Virus record (IMG/VR): IMGVR_UViG_3300037247_001786
Span: 160,001 to 224,000 of that record
From: a virus
Taxonomy: Duplodnaviria; Caudoviricetes
Direction: 5' to 3' (one strand)
DNA length: 64,000 bases
Part shown: positions 37,638 to 45,880 of the stretch, in pieces
Numbering within the stretch: the first letter of the stretch is position 1
Layout: the number at the start of each line of letters is the position of its first letter
Program-made: the position numbers and the translations under genes
The notes under the pieces: model-generated
Told to the model about the DNA's origin: nothing
What the model saw: only the letters and a program-made list of their open reading frames with translations
Databases searched by the model: none

Positions 37638-38273
37638 ATGGGAAGATGCGTAGGTGTGGGGACTAAGGAATGTTATAGCGTCGTTTCTTCTAATGGAGAT
37701 TTGTGCCGTTCTTGTCAATTCGATAAACTAAAAGCAGCAAACAGTCTATTAAAAGAAGCATTGGAAGAATCGGTTAGATTTCAATCTCATTATGCTAAAC
37801 TTTTAAATATGTACGACGCAGGAGAACGTATGGAATTTAAAGATGCTAATGAATGGATAGAAAGATTAGAGAAAATCGAAGGCGGTCAGATGGCGACATT
37901 AAAATATTCTGATATTAAACACGTTGGAAATGAACCGCAAAGAAAAAAATATTCTTATGAAGAAAAGATTTTTGCTGATAAATGGGAAGAGCTTAATGAT
38001 CGCAAGACAGGAACCAATGGAGGTTACGGTGCTTTAGAGTTGCTACTAGACAAGTCTGGATATGATAGCGGAAACTGGACAACCCACTTCATTCCTGTTG
38101 ATGAGATAACTGAAAGAGATGCTTTTGTCGCCGCGACTACGATTCAATGGTTAGGTACAAAATGTGGATGTGTTTTCTTGTGGGAATGTGAGCAAAAGAT
38201 AAAAGAAGAACATAAAAAAGAGATGGAAGAGTTTCATAAGAAATATAATTTACATGTAGAAGAAAATAGTTGA
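37638..38273 (+). CDS. Hypothetical protein, probably a fusion of two small genes
   Basis: Internal CAG-ATG at 37887-37892 preceded by SD-like GAAGGCGG. Confidence 0.55.
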   Translation: MGRCVGVGTKECYSVVSSNGDLCRSCQFDKLKAANSLLKEALEESVRFQSHYAKLLNMYDAGERMEFKDANEWIERLEKIEGGQMATLKYSDIKHVGNEPQRKKYSYEEKIFADKWEELNDRKTGTNGGYGALELLLDKSGYDSGNWTTHFIPVDEITERDAFVAATTIQWLGTKCGCVFLWECEQKIKEEHKKEMEEFHKKYNLHVEENS

Positions 38274-38283
38274 AGGAAAAAAT

Positions 38284-39705
38284 ATGAGTTTTAGTAATAA
38301 AGATTTTGTACATTTTCACACACATTCTGACAGATCTCGTTTTGATGGATTAGCTAAATTATCTGATTTGGTACTTCAAGCTAGGAAGATGGGGTTTCCC
38401 GCTTTAGCACTTACGGATCATGGGAACGTTATGGGATATGTTCAATTCCTAAAAGACTGTAGAGCTACTTCTAATAAAAAAGGTCCAATTGAGTACGCTC
38501 CGATTAAACCTATTTTAGGCTCTGAATTTTATCTTGCTAGACAAATGAATATAGGGCAATACGAAGTTAAGAGAGATAAAGAGGGGAAAAAGCTCAAACC
38601 AAAAGATTTTCAACCAGATGGAAGAAAGGGCAATCGTCATCTTAATATATATGCTATGAACTGGGAGGGCTATAGTAATCTATGTACTCTCTCACAGCGT
38701 TCTTTTACGGAAGGTTTCTATTCTGACCCTCGTATTGATATTGAGCTGCTCTCAAAGCATTCTAAGGGTCTCATGGGAGGATCAGCTTGTTTGTCTAGTG
38801 TTATTAATGTGAACCTCTTATATGGCAATTACGATAAAGCTAAAAAGATGGCTGGGTTATTAAATGAGATTTTTGATAAAAATTTCTTCCTTGAAGTTAT
38901 GTACCATGGGATACCTGAAGAGAAGGCTATTATCCCAGATATATTTAAATTGTCTTCTGAATTAAACATCCCTATTATTGCTACGAATGATACTCATTAT
39001 ATCCTTCCAGAACATGCAGAATCTCAAGAAGTTTTAATGTGCATGAGCACAAGTAGATGCATTAAAGATCCTAAAAGGATGTCATTCTCTTATAAGGAGT
39101 TTTATCTTAAATCGGCGGAAGAGATGGCTAAAATGTTTGGAAGTACTCCTCATGTTTTGACTAATTCAGTTCTAATGGCAGACAGAGTAGATACGGCAGA
39201 TATCGAAAGAAATCTTTTCGGAGGTATGAGATTGCCTAAGTTCGCTATTCCTGATGAGTTTGAGAACTCTTTTGAATACCTTAAAAAATTATCTTGGGAA
39301 GGTTTGAAGAAGCATGGTTGGGATAAGAGTGAAAAGCATATTAAAGCACTGGAAAGAGAAATAGAAGATGTCAGAGTTGCTAAAGTTAATAATAATTATG
39401 ACTTTGCTACTTATTTTTTAATTGTTAAAGATTACCTTGATGCATCAAAAGATATGGATATATTGATTGGTAGCGGTAGAGGTTCAGGTTACGCATCCGT
39501 TATGCTGCGTTGTCTTGACATTACTTACGGTCCCGACCCACTCAAATTCGATCTTATCTGGGAAAGATTTTTAGGATTTGATGATCTGCGTTTTATAAAA
39601 GATTCAGATTTTGGTTTTGAAGAAGAAGTTAAATCTGTAGAAGTCGATGTATTAGATGTGGATAGAGATTTAGAAGATGACCAGGGTGGAGTTGATAGAT
39701 ACTAA
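38284..39705 (+). CDS. dnaE: DNA polymerase III alpha, N-terminal part (PHP domain through GRGS/WERF), with acidic tail
   Basis: HFHTHSD, ALALTDHG, ILGSEFY, SACL, ATNDTHY, YFLIV, GSGRGS, DLIWERFL; lacks PDIDxD. Confidence 0.92.
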   Translation: MSFSNKDFVHFHTHSDRSRFDGLAKLSDLVLQARKMGFPALALTDHGNVMGYVQFLKDCRATSNKKGPIEYAPIKPILGSEFYLARQMNIGQYEVKRDKEGKKLKPKDFQPDGRKGNRHLNIYAMNWEGYSNLCTLSQRSFTEGFYSDPRIDIELLSKHSKGLMGGSACLSSVINVNLLYGNYDKAKKMAGLLNEIFDKNFFLEVMYHGIPEEKAIIPDIFKLSSELNIPIIATNDTHYILPEHAESQEVLMCMSTSRCIKDPKRMSFSYKEFYLKSAEEMAKMFGSTPHVLTNSVLMADRVDTADIERNLFGGMRLPKFAIPDEFENSFEYLKKLSWEGLKKHGWDKSEKHIKALEREIEDVRVAKVNNNYDFATYFLIVKDYLDASKDMDILIGSGRGSGYASVMLRCLDITYGPDPLKFDLIWERFLGFDDLRFIKDSDFGFEEEVKSVEVDVLDVDRDLEDDQGGVDRY

Positions 39706-39720
39706 AACAGGAGAGAAGTA

Positions 39721-39936
39721 ATGATTAAATGTTGTAAGTGCGATTTAGAGACAGAGGTAAAGCCTCATAATTTTTGTTATAAAAATCAAAGAAATGTAAG
39801 CTATTATAAATGCGATGAATGTATCTTAATAGACGCTAAATGTTTGATTTTAGACGGATTAAAAAAGATAGCACATAATATATCTTTTGAAAAAATAAAA
39901 AGTATTTTAGATGATGGGATTAGCAAGGAGAGTTAA
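39721..39936 (+). CDS. Small Cys-rich hypothetical protein (dnaE gap ORF 1)
   Basis: CCKC...CDEC; GGAG SD. Confidence 0.55.
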   Translation: MIKCCKCDLETEVKPHNFCYKNQRNVSYYKCDECILIDAKCLILDGLKKIAHNISFEKIKSILDDGISKES

Positions 39937-39937
39937 T

Positions 39938-40228
39938 ATGAGATGTAAAATTTGCAATGAGTGGGATTGGGGGGATGGACATCATAAATGTCCTCCAGTT
40001 ATGTATTTTAAACATGAAGATTGGGACGACGAATGGCAAGAGATTAGGGCTAGAGACTATGAGGAAGCAGCTTTGAAATTTGCGGAGATATATAATGATT
40101 GTGATTATGCGTTAATGAATCACGATACAGATGTTATTATATTTGATGGAGAGGAAGAGAAGGCTTTTACTGTTTCTGCTGAACCATCTATAGATTATCA
40201 TGCGACAGAAAAAGAGGTGCTAAAATGA
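39938..40228 (+). CDS. Hypothetical protein (dnaE gap ORF 2)
   Basis: ATG 39938 follows AAGGAG; CKIC...HKC. Confidence 0.6.
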   Translation: MRCKICNEWDWGDGHHKCPPVMYFKHEDWDDEWQEIRARDYEEAALKFAEIYNDCDYALMNHDTDVIIFDGEEEKAFTVSAEPSIDYHATEKEVLK

Positions 40229-40353
40229 AATTTAATATTAGAGAATTTAGAAAATATTTTATGAAGAAATTTAATATAAGTGAAGAAGAGCTGAAAGAAG
40301 CTGAAAAAATGTGGAAGACGGAAGCATGTCGCAGGAGAAAGAATGGGAATTAA
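40225..40353 (+). CDS. 42-aa ORF missed by the track (dnaE gap ORF 3)
   Basis: MKFNIREFRKYFMKKFNISEEELKEAEKMWKTEACRRRKNGN*; GAGGTG SD. Confidence 0.5.
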   Translation: MKFNIREFRKYFMKKFNISEEELKEAEKMWKTEACRRRKNGN

Positions 40354-40525
40354 AGATGATGTTAAAACTTTTGGCTTATTTAGTACTATTAGGTCATTTT
40401 TTAAAAAATGGGGTTATTGTGACGGTTGTAAATATTTTTCTAATTTTAAGTGCGATAAATATGGTAATGGAATGACATATGGTTGTTGTGGGTATGTAAG
40501 GGATGTAAGTCGAAGGAAAAAATAA
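40343..40525 (+). CDS. Small Cys-rich hypothetical protein (dnaE gap ORF 4)
   Basis: CDGCKYF..FKC...YGCCG. Confidence 0.5.
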   Translation: MGIKDDVKTFGLFSTIRSFFKKWGYCDGCKYFSNFKCDKYGNGMTYGCCGYVRDVSRRKK

Positions 40526-40526
40526 A

Positions 40527-40697
40527 ATGGATGAGAGCGAAAAAGATAGAGCTAGTAAAAAGTCAATGATAAAATTTTTAAAGAGCATCGGCTGGACAGA
40601 AAAGGAAATTAGAGAACAGTCAAGACTCAGTGCATCTGATCAGAAAAGAAAAATTAAAAATAAGATAGCAAAATACTATGGAAGAGAAAAAGAATAA
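40527..40697 (+). CDS. 56-aa ORF missed by the track (dnaE gap ORF 5)
   Basis: MDESEKDRASKKSMIKFLKSIGWTEKEIREQSRLSASDQKRKIKNKIAKYYGREKE*. Confidence 0.5.
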   Translation: MDESEKDRASKKSMIKFLKSIGWTEKEIREQSRLSASDQKRKIKNKIAKYYGREKE

Positions 40698-40908
40698 AAA
40701 AATAAAATTTAGTACCTACTCTCCATTATACGTTAGCACCCGTGGTGAAGAAGGATACTTTTATTTAGGAGAGGGTAGAAGAATGACAAGTGAAGAATTT
40801 TTAGAGAAAACTAAAGAGTGGCATAATAATGACTATGAAGGTGAATTACACGAATTTTTACATATGACAGAAAAAGAATATGCAAAATATGTGGAGGGTA
40901 AAAAATGA
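40678..40908 (+). CDS. Hypothetical protein (dnaE gap ORF 6)
   Basis: 76-aa ORF ending in EWH...ELHEFL.MT..EY. Confidence 0.55.
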   Translation: MEEKKNKKIKFSTYSPLYVSTRGEEGYFYLGEGRRMTSEEFLEKTKEWHNNDYEGELHEFLHMTEKEYAKYVEGKK

Positions 40909-41489
40909 CATATTTAGAGTTTTTAAAAGAAATTATAGGTAAGGATTATGCCCAGTATAGTAAAGAAGATATAGATAAGATAGGGGCGACCAGTCATGGA
41001 CTCGACAGAGATTCTTTCAGAGATGCTTATGAGAGTTCCCATTTTCCCGGAGTAGAGATATATCATTTAGACAATCCTAAAACATTGCGTATAGGATTTG
41101 TGGTTGACTGGGGAGAACATCAAATATGGCATACTATTAGAATTCAAGCTTGGAGGGCAGGAGATAAAAGTGACCCATCATATAAGTTTGATTTTCATGA
41201 AAGTTTGCGAGAATATATTTTAAAAAAGGAAAAGAAAGAAATTCAGAATAAACCAATGACCATAAAAGAAGGGTGGTTTTGTTACGGTGCGAATTTTGAT
41301 TGTAAAGAACCTCATATCATTATTGCCGATAATGACTGTAATAAGGAAGAAAAGATATTAATACCTGAAACAGTAGCGTATTATTTAAGAACTCATTTTT
41401 GCGGATCTAATCAAATGAGAGATACTATAAGAGATAACGCTATTAGTGATATGCAATATAAATTTAAGGAATTATTAGGAATTAAATAA
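40905..41489 (+). CDS. Hypothetical protein (dnaE gap ORF 7)
   Basis: 194-aa ORF with GGAGG SD; ends ...LLGIK*. Confidence 0.6.
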   Translation: MTYLEFLKEIIGKDYAQYSKEDIDKIGATSHGLDRDSFRDAYESSHFPGVEIYHLDNPKTLRIGFVVDWGEHQIWHTIRIQAWRAGDKSDPSYKFDFHESLREYILKKEKKEIQNKPMTIKEGWFCYGANFDCKEPHIIIADNDCNKEEKILIPETVAYYLRTHFCGSNQMRDTIRDNAISDMQYKFKELLGIK

Positions 41490-41507
41490 TGCCAGATGTG
41501 AAACAGA
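41475..41507 (+). repeat. 33-bp direct repeat, copy 1
   Basis: ttaggaattaaataatgccagatgtGaaacaga; 32/33 identical to 42114-42146. Confidence 0.95.
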
Positions 41508-41522
41508 AAATTGGGAGTAATT

Positions 41523-42128
41523 ATGAATATTTTAGATGTTAAGTATGATAATTTTGTAGATAGTTTATTTGTAAACACAGATGAATATGAGAGTAAAACT
41601 TTTAATAAAGTTAAAGATTTTAAAAAGAAATATATTGAGTCTTTAAAAAATAACTATTGTGTTATTAGAAGTGACGACCCCTTAAAAAAACAAGTTGGTT
41701 TTAAGGTTATCAATAAGGGGGAGGTAAAAAAATATTTAATTTCAATGAGAAAGATTGTAGAACATCTTCATCTTAAAGAAATAGATGAAAAAGAACTTGC
41801 TCTGTCTTTTGTTAAAAATTATTATAAAAGGATTCTCGATATCCCAGATAACGAAGATGAAATCGTAGATGTTAGATATGAGATTAAAGATAAAATGATA
41901 CTGATTCTTTTTGTAATGTCCGAGGGGTCTGTCTCTTCATTTTTGGAAGATGATTGTAATGTACTTCCTTTATATTTCACTACGATTGATGGTTTAGATG
42001 GTTGGAGTTATTCTATATGCTATTTAAGACAGAATGAATTGGAAGTAGCAGATTTTAGTGAGAGTTGGGGCAGTATAAAAGATTTTATTTCGGAAAAAAT
42101 TATAGATGATGATTTAGGAATTAAATAA
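41523..42128 (+). CDS. Hypothetical protein flanked by the 33-bp direct repeats (dnaE gap ORF 8)
   Basis: ATG 41523 follows GGGAG; ends ...DDLGIK* inside repeat copy 2. Confidence 0.65.
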   Translation: MNILDVKYDNFVDSLFVNTDEYESKTFNKVKDFKKKYIESLKNNYCVIRSDDPLKKQVGFKVINKGEVKKYLISMRKIVEHLHLKEIDEKELALSFVKNYYKRILDIPDNEDEIVDVRYEIKDKMILILFVMSEGSVSSFLEDDCNVLPLYFTTIDGLDGWSYSICYLRQNELEVADFSESWGSIKDFISEKIIDDDLGIK

Positions 42129-42146
42129 TGCCAGATGTAAAACAGA
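42114..42146 (+). repeat. 33-bp direct repeat, copy 2 (contains the dnaE-C start codon)
   Basis: ttaggaattaaataatgccagatgtAaaacaga. Confidence 0.95.
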
Positions 42147-44089
42147 TTAGAAAAGAAATAACCGATGCTATAAAAAAGAAGCGTGGCGATAAGATTTCAG
42201 AAGATCTTTGGAAAGCTATCGAAACAGAACTAGATATCTGCGAGATAACTGATGGATTGGGAGGTAAGAATAATCTTCAAACTTTTTATAATATATGGCA
42301 AAAAAGAAAAGATAAAGTCGGAAATAAGAATGAGATAAATAGTTGGATAGCTTACTCTTTAGGTTTCACAAGTAAAAAACCAGATGGCGAATTCTTATTT
42401 AAAAGAAGAGCTTTCGCTAGAGCAGGCTTCCCAGATATAGATGTAGACTTCGAAGATAGCCGTCAGAACGATGTTTTCGAATACTTGGTAGATACTTACG
42501 GGAGAGATAAGGGCGGCAGGATAGGCACACATCAGTTCTTAACATTTAAATCATGCATCACAAGAGTTGTTAAGGCTTTAGATATAGCCGACGCATTTCA
42601 TAAAGGTAAAGATGTTATGACCACCGAAAATGCGAAAAAGGTTTCAGAAATATTAGAGTCGTTTCCTAAAGGTGGAGTTATCCGTCTTAGAGGCGACGAT
42701 GGAGAGATGCATCTTATTAAAACTATCAAAGATGCATATGAGCATAGCCCAGATTTTAAGCATTATATGGATAAGTATCCTTTACTTAAAAAGCATAGCT
42801 TTGAGGTAGAAAAAACTTTTTCAGCATTCGGATCCCATGCGGCCGGTTATGTGATATCGGATATACCTATCGAGAAGATTGCTCCTTTAAGAAGAGCAAC
42901 AGGAGATGCCTTATGCACTCAATTTACAGGACCAGAATTAGAGAGTTTGGGGCTGATAAAGTTTGATATTTTAGGTTTATCTACTTTAAGTGTTATTAAA
43001 AAATGTTTAGAGCTAATAAAAGAAAATTATGATATAGATATTGATATCGCCAATTTGTCTTTAACTGATGAACCAACTTTTAAATTATATAGAACTGGTA
43101 ATTTGGGAGGAGTATTTCAGTGTGAGCAATCAGGAATGCAACATACCATGAGAGAGATTGGAGTCGATAGATTTGAAGATATAATGGCTGGAGTTGCTTT
43201 ATACAGACCTGGACCTATGGATAATATTCCAGATTATTGTGCCAGAAAAAAGGGTGAGCAACAGATAGACTACTTCCATCCTTCTATTGAGCCTTTTGTT
43301 AAGAAGCATCTTGAAAAAACATACGGCATTCTAGTCTATCAAGAACAGATTATGAATATATGTAGTTCTTTAGCTGGTTTCTCTATCACAGATGGTTACA
43401 TAATGATTAAAGCTATTGGCAAGAAAAAAATAGAACTTATGAAGAAATTCGAGAACCAATTTATTGAGGGAGCTATGAATAACGGAGTTCCTAAAGAGGT
43501 CATCGAACAGTATTGGTCTAAATTTATAGTTCCATTCTCTAATTATGGTTTTAATGCTGCACATGCATGTTGCTATGGTTTTAACAGTTACATCACAGCA
43601 TATCTTAAAGCTAATTATCCAGATGAATTTATTTGTGCTACTCTTATTACGGAAACCAAAAAGAATTCTGGAACTAAGTTTGAGAAGCTGTCTGGTTTTG
43701 AAAGGGAATTTAAAAAGAAATTAGCTGTTAAATTTTTGTCAAGAAATATTAATGACTGTAAATTAGATTATGTTATAGAGAAGAAGAAAGATCTTCAAAA
43801 TGGAGTTATGGTTTCAGAGATAAGACCTTCTTTAATTTGTAAGGGTTTGGGATGGGTTGCTGCTAAGGAAATAGAGAAAAATCAACCTTTTGAGAATTTA
43901 AAGGATTTCGCGGAAAAAAATGGATCATCTGTTGACACTAAAGCGGTATTAGCTTTAGTCGTAGCAGGCTATTTCGGAGCAAAGCCCAAGAAAAATTCAG
44001 AAGCATTCGTAAGGCAATTTGCAATCATTAAAGAAGATATTAAAAAAGTTCGTAAAAAAGGAATTGAATCTGTAGATATATTTGGATAG
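42128..44089 (+). CDS. dnaE: DNA polymerase III alpha, C-terminal part (catalytic palm, thumb, fingers, HhH); no OB/CTD
   Basis: FPDIDVDF, HAAG, IKFDILGL, GVFQ, LYRPGPM, VYQEQIM, YGFN.AH, AYLKANYP; ends ESVDIFG. Confidence 0.92.
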   Translation: MPDVKQIRKEITDAIKKKRGDKISEDLWKAIETELDICEITDGLGGKNNLQTFYNIWQKRKDKVGNKNEINSWIAYSLGFTSKKPDGEFLFKRRAFARAGFPDIDVDFEDSRQNDVFEYLVDTYGRDKGGRIGTHQFLTFKSCITRVVKALDIADAFHKGKDVMTTENAKKVSEILESFPKGGVIRLRGDDGEMHLIKTIKDAYEHSPDFKHYMDKYPLLKKHSFEVEKTFSAFGSHAAGYVISDIPIEKIAPLRRATGDALCTQFTGPELESLGLIKFDILGLSTLSVIKKCLELIKENYDIDIDIANLSLTDEPTFKLYRTGNLGGVFQCEQSGMQHTMREIGVDRFEDIMAGVALYRPGPMDNIPDYCARKKGEQQIDYFHPSIEPFVKKHLEKTYGILVYQEQIMNICSSLAGFSITDGYIMIKAIGKKKIELMKKFENQFIEGAMNNGVPKEVIEQYWSKFIVPFSNYGFNAAHACCYGFNSYITAYLKANYPDEFICATLITETKKNSGTKFEKLSGFEREFKKKLAVKFLSRNINDCKLDYVIEKKKDLQNGVMVSEIRPSLICKGLGWVAAKEIEKNQPFENLKDFAEKNGSSVDTKAVLALVVAGYFGAKPKKNSEAFVRQFAIIKEDIKKVRKKGIESVDIFG

Positions 44090-44110
44090 TGATTCAATTT
44101 ATGTTAGTAT
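44089..44110 (+). promoter_or_regulatory. Promoter GTGATT-N10-TAGTAT (extended -10)
   Basis: taGTGATTcaatttatgtTAGTAT; shares TAGTGATTCAATTTA with the 45816 copy. Confidence 0.75.
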
Positions 44111-44135
44111 TTAAAAAAGTTAAAAGGAGTATAAG

Positions 44136-44468
44136 ATGAAGAAATCAATTATTAAAAAATCAATTACGAGAAAAATTAGTACAGCTCCATACGAGACCCT
44201 TGATGTTCATGTAGAAATACAAGAAGAGATAGAATGGGAGAATATGCAGCAGAGAATTGAAAAAGCCGATTCGGTGTCAAAAATCCTCATTTTAGATTTT
44301 GTAAAGACATTAAATCAAGTAGCGGCTGAGTTGCACGTAGATAAAAAAATAGCATCTATTTCTGGCAAAAAAAATCCTCAAGAAGCTCAAGAAAAACCAG
44401 TGGATACGTCGATAAATAATAGTAAAGATGGTGATGTCGCTGGTGCTGATTTTGACTTTTTAAGCTGA
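44136..44468 (+). CDS. Hypothetical protein
   Basis: 110-aa ORF with AAGGAG SD; ends GADFDFLS. Confidence 0.6.
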   Translation: MKKSIIKKSITRKISTAPYETLDVHVEIQEEIEWENMQQRIEKADSVSKILILDFVKTLNQVAAELHVDKKIASISGKKNPQEAQEKPVDTSINNSKDGDVAGADFDFLS

Positions 44469-44498
44469 TAATTTCCCCTATTTTGAGGTGCAATAGCA

Positions 44499-45803
44499 AT
44501 GGTTTTAGGTAACGATGTAGTCCAAGAAGTAAAAGATATGTTTAACATAGATTATTCTCAAGATAATGTTCAAGATGATGCTCAAGATAATGTAGAAGTA
44601 TCTGTAGAACCTTTTAAAGAGCTTGAGCAAGAAGTTTCTGATATAATATCAGGGATGGAAGACAAGGGGGATATTATAGATAGTCCAGCCGAAGATATTA
44701 CTGAAATCGCTGTCGAGCGGTCAGATGAATCTAAAGAGAACAACATAGAAAATAACAATACAGAGGAGAGTAAAGTGGAAACTATTGAAGATTTGATTGC
44801 TGATTCAGTGGAAGAGGCTTCATTGAAAACTAAAACACAAGATCAGCAGGATGATATAGTCCAAATAGATATAGAAGAAGATTGTTTCGATAGTATCGTC
44901 ATAGAAAAAAGTAGTTCTTGCGAAACGCCTTCTTCAGAAGAAAAGATAGAGACTTCTCCTAAAGAGGAAGTATCTGTTATAGAAGAAGAAGATATAGACA
45001 TAATCCCTCAAAAAGATGATGAGGGCAATGTTAAGGGTGAACTTAAAATGAAAAATGTCGTAAGTATATCTGTTGACGATAAGGGCAAAACCATTATCAG
45101 AGGTGGGGAAATCGTCTGGAGTATCGAAAGTCCTTCTGAGCTTTATGACTCATTTTATAATATCAAAAGAAACCATATAGATACTTTTTCTGGAGGTGAA
45201 CAGTTGGACTTTGATAGTCTCTATGCGGAACTATTTGGGGCTAAAGTCGATACCTCGACAGAAGTTTTAGACCAATATATCTTGGTGGAAAAAATGGATG
45301 CTGTTATGCAATGTATCGAAAGAGTAGCGATGATACAAGTTCAAATTAATCAACAGCATTTTGTTTGGAAGAGGTTTGTAGAACTACTAAGAGGGGCTTT
45401 AGCTAGGGTACAGTATTTGAAACCAGTTTTAAAACAAGATGGTTTAATATTAGAACATATGGGAGATGTAGAGTTTTATTCTGATAGATTGTTAGCTATT
45501 AAGAATTCAGCAAATGATGTGATGGGAACGTTAGAGAAGGCTTTTGAATCTTTGAGTAGAAAAGTTAGCATAATGTTAACCGTCCAGAGTAAACATGTGA
45601 TCAGAACGGCACCGGATGCCTACGGTCAATCCTCTCAGCAGACCTACCAAGCTCCTCCTCCATCTACAGTTGCGGAAGAAAGCCCAGCGTCAATGATTAC
45701 GCCTACTCAGAATTTAGGTGATTATGATGGTTTTGAGATAGGAACAAAAGTAGCTTCAACCAGACTCTCTTCTGGAGTAGTTAGTTGGGGAGAAGTATTT
45801 TAA
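44499..45803 (+). CDS. Hypothetical protein with very acidic N-terminal region and helical C-terminal domain
   Basis: 434-aa ORF with GAGGTG SD. Confidence 0.6.
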   Translation: MVLGNDVVQEVKDMFNIDYSQDNVQDDAQDNVEVSVEPFKELEQEVSDIISGMEDKGDIIDSPAEDITEIAVERSDESKENNIENNNTEESKVETIEDLIADSVEEASLKTKTQDQQDDIVQIDIEEDCFDSIVIEKSSSCETPSSEEKIETSPKEEVSVIEEEDIDIIPQKDDEGNVKGELKMKNVVSISVDDKGKTIIRGGEIVWSIESPSELYDSFYNIKRNHIDTFSGGEQLDFDSLYAELFGAKVDTSTEVLDQYILVEKMDAVMQCIERVAMIQVQINQQHFVWKRFVELLRGALARVQYLKPVLKQDGLILEHMGDVEFYSDRLLAIKNSANDVMGTLEKAFESLSRKVSIMLTVQSKHVIRTAPDAYGQSSQQTYQAPPPSTVAEESPASMITPTQNLGDYDGFEIGTKVASTRLSSGVVSWGEVF

Positions 45804-45817
45804 AAAAACATTTTATA

Positions 45818-45839
45818 GTGATTCAATTTAGGTTACTAT
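45818..45839 (+). promoter_or_regulatory. Promoter GTGATT-N10-TACTAT
   Basis: taGTGATTcaatttaggtTACTAT upstream of the SSB-recA operon. Confidence 0.75.
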
Positions 45840-45880
45840 TATATTTAACGAAAAAACTTTTATTATAGGAGGTTCATGAT

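Noticed and set aside
33400-39705. Further carriers of the shared C-terminal tag (33043 ORF ending RDVLDGEE; DnaE-N tail VDVLDVD)
   Set aside because: They lack the aromatic residue before the first Asp or are not terminal; too weak to count, though worth rechecking with a profile.
39560-42450. Split intein or self-splicing intron joining the dnaE halves
   Set aside because: DnaE-N does not end in a Cys/Ser-initiated Hint N-fragment and DnaE-C has no His-Asn/Cys junction. The gap is fully occupied by eight ORFs with no room for a structured intron, and the overlapping duplicated segment would not give a clean spliced product.
44557-44598. Short CAAGAT(A/G)AT repeats encoding QDNVQDDAQDNV
   Set aside because: Ordinary low-complexity expansion in an acidic, probably disordered region.
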